NCBI GenBank assembly: GCA_026992215.1
Contig: JALXAI010000102.1
Coordinates: 1 to 25,721, forward strand
Length of the DNA: 25,721 nt
DNA from: Desulfobacterales bacterium
GTDB lineage: Bacteria > Desulfobacterota > Syntrophobacteria > B119-G9
Reading direction: 5' to 3'
Shown: positions 8,276-14,988 of the stretch, one piece after another
Layout: every line of letters starts with the position of its first letter
How positions within the stretch are numbered: position 1 is the stretch's first letter
The notes under the pieces: model-generated
What the model was told of the DNA's origin: nothing
Database searches by the model: none
What the model saw: the letters and a program-made list of their open reading frames with translations, nothing else
Translations under genes and position numbers: made by a program

Positions 8276-8632
8276 TATCGGGAAACCCGTTTGGTGGAGA
8301 ATCTCATACGGGTTCCCATTTTGATAAGGTCGTTCCATTCGCTGGTACCCACTTTACCATTGTGCGGCTTCCAATATGGAATCGCGGATAAAGGAGACTT
8401 ACTTCTATAATAACCGCATCAATTAATACAACCTTATATACTTATTTCCCGGGTCCTTTATTTTCGAAATCATCAGATTAAATTGCCTCCTCGAGGTATC
8501 TACGCCACAACCTTTCCAAGAATGTAATACTGAATCTGGTGATTATAGCAACTGCCAGAAACTAAACCTCGAGTTTACAAGATAACTAAGGAAACAGAGA
8601 ATATCATACTGAGATAACAGAGGAAATCGTAA

Positions 8633-9030
8633 TTAGCTTTGTAGGACCCTACCGTACTTCACCCAAAAGCCAAGGACATGGAGAATGGTGAGCTGGTTTT
8701 TGTTGAGTTCTTCCAGGATGCGTCTCGGTTTGCGTTTGCGAGCAATCCAATATGTGGCAATTCTAAGTGTCCGGAACTCTTCCGTGATCTCGTTTTCTGA
8801 AAGTAAGATCCCTGAATCTTTGAGCCTATCTGTGGGAAGCCCTAAGTAAGAAAGCGCTGCTACATAAGCAAGGGCATGCATCCATGCTTTCGAGTCCGTC
8901 CTCTGACACTTGGGCATAAACCTCACCTTGAAAGTACACCTGGTGGTTCGGAATCGGCCTTAAATGAGATGTCACTCCCTGTAAGCTTCAGCGATCGCAC
9001 TCAAGAGCAGGAATGTGGCTTCATTCATTC
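8633..9030 (-). pseudogene. Transposase C-terminal relic, IS1634/IS4-superfamily-like
   Basis: Reading through two in-frame stops gives AIAEAYRE*HLI*GRFRTTRCTFKVRFMPKCQRTDSKAWMHALAYVAAL. This resembles the Y(R)-x-W-x-IE-xx-FR...P..H.TD.KI..H..(C)V.AL signature of these DDE transposases. The upstream limit is approximate. Confidence 0.6.
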
Positions 9031-9300
9031 CGATTAGATAAAGAATCGGTTAGGGGGCAGACGTAAATTGTTTTCACCTTTGTGGCCAGGCCTGAGCCAG
9101 GTATCACCGCGCTTATCAATAGCACTGCAATTTTGTGGGAGTCTATTTTATCATTTTTTGCTTTGTCCCCATGAATCGCCTTCATGTATGGTGAACGACC
9201 AAGGGCAAAAGGTTACCCCCGGAAGCACAAAGGTGTGAAATCCAATTCTATGTGGACATGAACTCGATAGAAGCTACTATGTCTTCCCGGTTCTTCCCGG

Positions 9301-9391
9301 ATAGCGCAAGAATTTTTCTGTGAAAAGGTGCTTAAGCTTTCTGATAAGAGACTTCATTTTGGTCAGCCTTGACTTTGCGCTTAAAGCTGGT
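9301..9391 (+). repeat. 91-bp dispersed repeat, copy B
   Basis: Aligns without gaps to 3254-3344. Confidence 0.85.
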
Positions 9392-9868
9392 AATCGTATT
9401 CCCGGCTGGAGGTAGATATACCCACTTTAGGGGCACACGAAAAAAAAACTTACTTGAAAAGTCCGCTGAAAATTTTCGTTGTAAACTGTCCCAGTTTTTT
9501 TAAAAACTTGGCCACCTGATAGCAAAAAGAGCTCTATCATTTCTTAATAGAGGATAGAAGAGGTGATAAGCACGAAAACCGGGTAACACTCAGGAATTTG
9601 CAAAAGCTACAATCGGGTTGGAAACAGGTTGACGGCAGCGGGGGTCACCGGTAAAAAGTCGGTGGTGATTTCAGTTCAAGAAAGATCTCGGAGGTCATGC
9701 GGCACAAAGGATCAAAAAAGCCCCAGGTACAAATTGCGGTGTCCCGAGCCTGTCGAAGGGAGGAGCCTGACGAAATCCAGGCAAAAATTTTAAGCGCTTA
9801 GGTATACAAAATCAAAAACGGTTCGGTCCTACAACTTTGATCGCTTTTTTACCTGTTATTTCCACGCA

Positions 9869-10090
9869 TTAACAACTATGCCGGCCAGTTTCTCCGAAAG
9901 TTGTGACAGAGCCAAAAAACAAGGACGACCAGCCAACAGACGGCAACCGACTTGACCATGAATGAACGTTCGCGAGGACCATCTGTGTTCCTGATGCTAC
10001 GGTAGCTTCCAAATATGCCACCGGCAAGCCCGACAAGACTACCGACAATCCCCCTATCCACCCCCAAATCTTTCCAGATGTCATATCCAT
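9869..10090 (-). pseudogene. Frameshifted small membrane-protein gene (probable integron cassette)
   Basis: Two overlapping ORFs join into MDMTSGKIWGWIGG/IVGSLVGLAGGIFGSYRSIRNTDGPRERSFMVKSVAVCWLVVLVF if one G is restored in the G5 run (C5 at 10050-10054). SD GAGGAG. Confidence 0.6.
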
Positions 10091-10130
10091 TCTCCTCGCA
10101 CAAAAATAGGGATCGGTGAAGTCGGCTGAA

Positions 10131-10439
10131 TTACGTTTTCAAAATCCCTATTATCACAAATACGAGGCTGATTATTGACATGATGACTAATGCCACTCTT
10201 GCTGGCGGAAGAACACTAGGTTTAAGCTTTTCGCGAAGTGCCACGATTTTGGTATGCCCGAGTCGTTTTCCTATACTTGTTCCCCAATCATACATTTGCG
10301 TGGCAAATAGTGCCACCAGCCCCCAGAAAAGAGCAAATAACATGAATACCCAACAGGAAGCATTGTTTCGGTGCATTGCCATCATCGGCGCAATCCAGAG
10401 AAATGACAGAGGCACTATTATTATCCACCAAATGTTCAT
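10131..10439 (-). CDS. Hypothetical membrane protein (102 aa, about 3 TM), probable cassette gene
   Basis: Hydrophobic ORF starting MNIWWIII with a GGAG SD, directly downstream of an attC-like site. Confidence 0.65.
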   Translation of the reverse strand: MNIWWIIIVPLSFLWIAPMMAMHRNNASCWVFMLFALFWGLVALFATQMYDWGTSIGKRLGHTKIVALREKLKPSVLPPARVALVIMSIISLVFVIIGILKT

Positions 10440-10465
10440 CTTCCAGCTCCGTTTTCTCCACGCAG

Positions 10466-10551
10466 AACAACCAACTTCACTTACACCTATGGAGCGCCGT
10501 CGTGCTGAGCCTGTCGAAGTAAGCGTAATGGCGGTCAGGTGAAGCGCTTTG
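10466..10551 (-). other. attC-like site body (its R'' end displaced to 10878-10884), with a short insertion in the loop
   Basis: Minus strand reads CAAAGCGCTTCACCTGACCGCCATT...GCGCTCCATAGGTGTAAGTGAAGTTGGTT. CTTCAC/GTGAAG pair as L''/L'-like arms just inside a GTT. Confidence 0.55.
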
Positions 10552-10882
10552 GTCAAGTAAGTCGATACGCGGCAGTTTTCGGAAACTCGTATTGACCTTT
10601 TTCAGTATTTCGGTGTAGCTTAATAAAAAAGGTGCCCTCGCTTTTTCATACAAGGTTTGTTATCAAACATATTGATGCTGTTTCTTATCTTCTGAATATC
10701 TTATGCTATTGTGAGCTTACTTCTACGATCCTATCTAAATCCTGCAATCGACTGAATTCATATCAAATAAATCACTTCGAAGCAGCCCCCTAAAACGATC
10801 TGCGTACCAAGGCGCCTTCCTGAACTATGGATTAGTTACGAGCTCTCGTTCCTCGACTCGGAACTAATCCTTTATTTGTTAA
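10549..10882. repeat. ~335-bp non-coding element, copy 1 (copy 2 at 12268-12602)
   Basis: Manual alignment gives about 55 differences and one 1-bp gap in ~335 bp. Both copies have the same end points relative to attC-like sites. Confidence 0.9.
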
Positions 10883-11286
10883 CCCATCCCTTTGATTATT
10901 CGGTAATAACCGCTATGATTTCCTATCCATACCCAGATGAAATCCTGGCCTTCCTTTATGACCAATGCTCCATGATTGAGACCAACCCGGATAGACCAAA
11001 ATTTACCAACCTTCTTGAAATGAAGCGAAGGATGTAAAGGATCGACTATAAGTACCTAATATTTTCCCATGCAGTTGCTGCACGTCTTGCCGAAGACCCT
11101 CAAACAATTTCCAGAAACGGGCGAGGGCATCTCTGAGCAAAAAATCTAACTTTCCTGATCGTGAGTCAGATTTAATCTCTTTGTCCCACTTTTCCAATCT
11201 CTCTCGAAAAACCATTCTCTCAAGCGTGCAAAATCCTCTCTCGAGAGGGATTCAATTGATGATAATATTTCTTCCACATTGGGCAT
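10879..11286 (-). pseudogene. Decayed toxin-antitoxin cassette: small antitoxin fused by deletion to a RelE/ParE-like toxin
   Basis: The antitoxin MPNVEEILSSIESLSREDFARLREWFFERDW/EKWDKEIKSDSRSGKLDFLL (1-bp frameshift) runs straight into RFWKLFEGLRQDVQQL. After another frameshift comes DPLHPSLHFKKVGKFWSIRVGLNHGAL...FIWVWIGNH, the typical RelE-like C-terminus, with TAA at 10879-10881. Confidence 0.8.
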
Positions 11287-11310
11287 TTCCATTTCTCCTT
11301 TCCATTGGAT

Positions 11311-11445
11311 GGTTAACAGGAGCGTCAGCAGCACGGCGTGTTTGTGCAGCACCATCGATGGCGACGTTACTTCGCCTTCAAACCGCCACCGTCATCCCAA
11401 TGTGAAGCGGTATCCGGTGCAAGCAGGATTAGGTTGCATTTTTGG
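11311..11445 (-). other. Degenerate attC-like site between the HEPN gene and the TA cassette; R' = GTTAACC (11311-11317)
   Basis: GTTAACC at the cassette start is the exact reverse complement of GGTTAAC (10878-10884) at the cassette end. Internal pairing of this site is weak. Confidence 0.5.
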
Positions 11446-11451
11446 TTGAGC

Positions 11452-11841
11452 CTAACTCAGCAAAGAACGGATTGTCTCAATAAACTCTTCCGTCTCACTC
11501 ACTAGAGGCTCTACAATATCACTATCCAGCGATACAAAATCAATGTAGTCTCCTTCGCGCCGCAAATCAAACAACCGATTATAGAGCCATCCTTTTTCTT
11601 TTGACACAATCCCTGGTTTGACATAGTGTTGATTAAACAACGCCTTGACACCACTATGCTTTGTGGCTCTGTGCCCGTCTTTCACCAGCAGGGCGGAGAC
11701 GGCATAAAATGCCGTATAGTAGAGACGATTGACACACGTGTTCCAATGTCCCATCTGTCGCATTACCCTTGCCTCTTCTAACGTCTCCTCCGCTCGCCGC
11801 AGACGGTAAGCAACCAACGCTTCCAGTTCATTTTCCCTCAT
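11452..11841 (-). CDS. HEPN-domain protein (UPF0332-like), partner of the upstream nucleotidyltransferase
   Basis: Motifs NRLYYTAFYAVSALL, KHSGVKALF, LFDLRREGDY; ATGA overlap with the MNT gene. Confidence 0.88.
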   Translation of the reverse strand: MRENELEALVAYRLRRAEETLEEARVMRQMGHWNTCVNRLYYTAFYAVSALLVKDGHRATKHSGVKALFNQHYVKPGIVSKEKGWLYNRLFDLRREGDYIDFVSLDSDIVEPLVSETEEFIETIRSLLS

Positions 11842-12164
11842 ACAGCTATCCCGTCTCTCTCTACTTCCTGGCGCAAGGGCACGACTTCATACTGCCGAGA
11901 TAGCCATTGCTGCTTGCTACGAATGATGCTGCTCAACACGGTATCCGTCTCCAACTCAATGTCATACAAACGGCGCTTGATTTGCAATTCCAATGTTTTA
12001 TCCACCTGTCCGGGCAACAAAATAAGGAAATCCCAATCGGAATCTGCTCGCGCAGTGCCCCTGGCGCGAGAACCGTAAAGTATCACTTCGGCTCCTGGCT
12101 CCAATGCCTGCACAGCCGTTTTCACGCGCTTCAGAAATTCGCTCTGTCTTATCGTTTTTTCCAT
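11838..12164 (-). CDS. Minimal nucleotidyltransferase (MNT) domain protein
   Basis: LYGSRARG-x4-DSDWDFL (GS..DxD motif). Start moved to ATG 12164 (MEKTIRQ) behind AAGGA. Confidence 0.9.
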   Translation of the reverse strand: MEKTIRQSEFLKRVKTAVQALEPGAEVILYGSRARGTARADSDWDFLILLPGQVDKTLELQIKRRLYDIELETDTVLSSIIRSKQQWLSRQYEVVPLRQEVERDGIAV

Positions 12165-12217
12165 AGCTCTATCCTTTTTACAATTACAAACCACTCTGTG
12201 TGGGAGTAGGCCGAGCA

Positions 12218-12270
12218 ACCGGACGATGAGGGTGAGCCACCGAGTTTACGAGGTCAGGTCTACCTTCTTG
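12218..12270 (-). other. attC-like site body (R''-like TTTTAAC displaced to 12598-12604)
   Basis: Minus strand reads CAAGAAGGTAGACCTGACCTCGTAAACTCGGTGGCTCACCCTCATCGTCCGG, an imperfect hairpin ending in a degenerate GTT box. Confidence 0.5.
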
Positions 12271-12602
12271 GTCAAATAAGCCGCCACGCGGCAGTCTTCG
12301 GAAACTCGTATTCACCCTTTTCAGTATTTCGGTGTAGCTTAATAAAAAAAGTGCCATCGATTTTTTATACATGGTTTACTATCAAGCATATTTATAGTGA
12401 TTCTCATATTCTGAATATCTTATGCTACTGAACGCTCACTTCCACGAGCCAATCCAAATCTTGTAACCGGCTTAGCTCATATCAAATACGTCACTTCGAA
12501 GCTGCCCGCCTAAAACGATGTACGTGCCAAAGCGGCTTTTTGAACCATGGATTAGCTACAAGCTCTGGTTTCTCGACTTGGTACTAATCCTTTATTTGTT
12601 AA
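12268..12602. repeat. ~335-bp non-coding element, copy 2
   Basis: See copy 1. Confidence 0.9.
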
Positions 12603-12639
12603 AACCTCACTTTAATGATCGCTCATAAAATTAGCATCG

Positions 12640-12672
12640 TTTCCCGGTCCGCTGTCCACGCAGCGGTTATGC
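12640..12672 (-). other. attC 5' half (R'' GCATAAC plus L''-like CGCTGCGTGGACAGCGGACC) right after the first cassette gene
   Basis: GCATAAC lies 2 nt after the TAG and complements the GTTATG at the cassette start (13162-13168). The 3' half of the site is not recognisable. Confidence 0.65.
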
Positions 12673-12674
12673 TT

Positions 12675-13136
12675 CTATTCTTTTTTTACTTCAACATAGC
12701 CTGGATCTTCCTCATCCTTCATAGAAAATTTAAATTTAACAGAGTTGATAAACAGGGGTAGTCCACAGAAGCGTAAATCAGCATAGAATATTTTCTTTAG
12801 AATATGTCTACAATATTTCACCTTATCAGTATAAGTGATATGTGATTTGCCATCGTTTGAAGAATCAGCTATCCACAAGCTGTATTGATTGGTTTGTATC
12901 CTGTTGCGCAAATACTCAATTTCAAAACGAAATAAGCTATTAAACAGTTCTTTTGACAATTCTGTACATTGTTTAAGAGCTATCTCTTCCCATGCTTCTC
13001 TATCAATGGAATTTTCGATTATCTGTTTTTCAGACTCTGCAATCAGGGAGTCGTAAAATTTCCATAAACGACCTTTTCGATACCATAGAAAGGTTACAAC
13101 CCCTAAAAATACCGCTGAAGAGAAAATATTAATCAT
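12675..13136 (-). CDS. Hypothetical protein (153 aa, N-terminal TM anchor); first cassette of the integron array
   Basis: Intact AT-rich ORF bounded by GTTATG...CATAAC. No family recognised. Confidence 0.75.
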   Translation of the reverse strand: MINIFSSAVFLGVVTFLWYRKGRLWKFYDSLIAESEKQIIENSIDREAWEEIALKQCTELSKELFNSLFRFEIEYLRNRIQTNQYSLWIADSSNDGKSHITYTDKVKYCRHILKKIFYADLRFCGLPLFINSVKFKFSMKDEEDPGYVEVKKE

Positions 13137-13161
13137 TTCCGCTTACACCTTTGCACGCCCT

Positions 13162-13200
13162 TCATAACAATAGATTGACAGGGAATTTACCTGCTATAAG
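13162..13200 (-). other. Putative attI recombination site (crossover G/TTATGA at 13162-13168)
   Basis: A GTT core lies between the first cassette and the divergent intI remnant, with no upstream attC hairpin, which is the canonical attI position. Confidence 0.5.
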
Positions 13201-13263
13201 TATACTGTCCTGCAAGATGGGTAGGGTTACTTCTTCTCAGTATTATCATATTTTGCATATCAC

Positions 13264-13330
13264 GTGGAAAGGGCTTATGTCAAAGAGAAAAAATACTGGA
13301 TGAGATGCGCGATGTAATGCGTCTAAGGCA
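13264..13330 (+). pseudogene. intI: Integron integrase (intI) 5' remnant
   Basis: GTG GAA AGG GCT TAT GTC AAA GAG AAA AAA T(-)A CTG GAT GAG ATG CGC GAT GTA ATG CGT CTA AGG CA reads (M)ERAYVKEKK[L]LDEMRDVMRLR(H) after restoring one base. This resembles the IntI N-terminus KLLD.VRD.MRL.HYS. It is oriented divergently from the cassettes and truncated after ~22 codons. Confidence 0.6.
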
Positions 13331-13691
13331 GCGAAGCCGCAACCAAAATGTACGATACCAATTTGCTTTGAAACCGCAAAGACACCCCGGCTAAACAGCC
13401 CGATGGGATTTAACAGCGCAGGCAAAGTCCGCAAAGAAAAAATTTGCCATTTTTCTAATCGGCGCACTGCGCGTGCAGAAATGGGCTACGCCGCCCCGCG
13501 GCGAGTAGCTCTTACTCAAAACTTAACACGTAAAACTTAAAACCCGACCCAGGGATGGAGATCCACCTCCAGAGAGTCGAAGATCCGCCTCTCGCTGACA
13601 TAACGGACAAATCTCAACACGAAAAATAAGACACGCAAAAACGTTACATGTTTTAAGGGGAGTATTGTAAGTTGCCAGTGCGTATTGCGTA

Positions 13692-13715
13692 TGCTAGATA
13701 ATAAAATATCTAGCA
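13692..13715. promoter_or_regulatory. Inverted repeat TGCTAGATA-N6-TATCTAGCA, ModE-box-like operator
   Basis: Perfect 9-bp arms with a 6-bp spacer, 130 bp upstream of the MoaD-like gene. It resembles the ModE consensus ATCGNTATATA-N6-TATATANCGAT. Confidence 0.4.
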
Positions 13716-13846
13716 CCATCGCGAACATTCCCGGCACGGATTGCCGGAAGATCGCCATTCATCGATAAGGCGGCGAAAACAATGGTCATATCGGTACCGT
13801 CCGCGAGACGGGCCGCACTCGCTATCAGGTTCGAAAGAGGAATAAC

Positions 13847-14074
13847 ATGAATGAAATCGAGATTCGACTCTTTGCCACCCTTCGAGAGGGGAGGTTCGCC
13901 AGGAAGAAGATGAAGATCAATGGTGTTGAGAGGGTTGAAGATCTTATACGAAAGCTTGACATGAAGCCTGAAGAGGTGGCCATAATATTTGTCAACAAAC
14001 GACATGCCCGCCCGGACACAAAGATTCACCCCGGGGATATCATCTCTTTTTTTCCCAAGATAGGCGGAGGTTAG
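13847..14074 (+). CDS. MoaD/ThiS-family sulfur carrier (ubiquitin-like)
   Basis: IEIRLFATLRE start, IFVNKRH, GDIISFFPKIGGG with C-terminal diglycine; 75 aa. Confidence 0.92.
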   Translation: MNEIEIRLFATLREGRFARKKMKINGVERVEDLIRKLDMKPEEVAIIFVNKRHARPDTKIHPGDIISFFPKIGGG

Positions 14075-14082
14075 CTGCCCGG

Positions 14083-14814
14083 ATGAACCAGAAGAAAAAA
14101 GATGCTGGCAACTCCTCCTCTCCCCTTCCCGGCGTGGTTCCTGGCAGGTATTCCAGGAACCTGGGTACGATAGGAAAAAACGGGCAGGAAAGGCTTTCGG
14201 CGTCTGTAGTAATCGTCGCCGGACTTGGTGGGCTGGGCGGATACGTGGTCGAAATTCTTGCTCGCCTCGGCATCGGAACCATTGTCGGCATCGACTGTGA
14301 TTCTTTTGAAGAAAGCAACCTTAACCGCCAGCTATTCGCCGACAAAGAATCTCTCGGCAGGCGGAAAGCTACCGTGGCGAAAGAAAAGATCCTTTTGATA
14401 AACGACAGGGTAAACTTTATAGCTGTCGATGACAGGATCGAATCTGTCAAAGACGATCTTTACGCGGGGACGCACCTGATATTTGACTGCCTTGATAATG
14501 CTGCTTCCAGGATTTTTTTGCAGAGCAAGGCAAAAGTACATGGCATCCCGCTGGTACACGGATCCGTCGGCGGCTGGTACGCTCAGGTAGCACTGGTTTT
14601 ACCCGGATGTGATCTTCTAAGCAAGATGTACGGTGACTTTCCCGATTCCGCGGGAATAGAACATGAACTGGGCATGCCCTCGTTTATACCTCCCGTTGCC
14701 TCCGGAATAATGGTGTGCGAAGGGGTAAAGGTTCTGCTGGGCAGAAGTCACGGGGGCAGTTTCCTCGTTTTTCTCGACCTTCTCAACAACGAGTTCGAAC
14801 ACCTAACTTTTTGA
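14083..14814 (+). CDS. ThiF/MoeB/HesA-family adenylyltransferase (E1-like)
   Basis: VAGLGGLGG nucleotide-binding loop, D.DSFEESNLNRQL, DCLDN. Confidence 0.92.
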   Translation: MNQKKKDAGNSSSPLPGVVPGRYSRNLGTIGKNGQERLSASVVIVAGLGGLGGYVVEILARLGIGTIVGIDCDSFEESNLNRQLFADKESLGRRKATVAKEKILLINDRVNFIAVDDRIESVKDDLYAGTHLIFDCLDNAASRIFLQSKAKVHGIPLVHGSVGGWYAQVALVLPGCDLLSKMYGDFPDSAGIEHELGMPSFIPPVASGIMVCEGVKVLLGRSHGGSFLVFLDLLNNEFEHLTF

Positions 14815-14870
14815 ACGTCGATCAAAAACATCCTCTTTTAATCCGTGCAATAGAAAAGCCTTGACAAGAG

Positions 14871-14898
14871 GGGCTTGCAGAATACAATATCTTGAATT
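14871..14898 (+). promoter_or_regulatory. Sigma70-type promoter for the carboxyltransferase-valS-nadC run
   Basis: TTGACA (14871-14876), 16-bp spacer, TACAAT (14893-14898). Confidence 0.7.
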
Positions 14899-14988
14899 TA
14901 TGCGGGATCCGTTGTTACGGGTCCGGAGCACTCGAACAACTGACAATGGTTATCACCAGAGGCAATTCGTTTATGAGGAGATTCGAAC

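Noticed and set aside
9479-9515. TGTAAACTGTCCCAGTTTTTT as an IS terminal inverted repeat
   Set aside because: I found no partner repeat or transposase in the window.
5052-12218. Longer starts given by the ORF track (5088, 5672, 7050, 10556, 11355, 12218)
   Set aside because: Downstream ATGs have clear SD sequences and match family N-termini, and several extensions run through attC-like or non-coding sequence.
10549-12602. 335-bp repeats as group IIC-attC intron remnants or CRISPR-related repeats
   Set aside because: Neither strand begins with GTGYG or ends with a domain V/VI plus AY, and there is no RT. The length and copy number do not fit CRISPR.
13175-13206. TTGACA as the -35 box of an intI promoter
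   Set aside because: The nearest -10-like hexamers (TATAAG, TATACT) are at 14 and 20 bp spacing, outside the normal range.
13597-13604. Second GTTATGT core on the minus strand upstream of the intI remnant
   Set aside because: No credible cassette gene or attC is associated with it.
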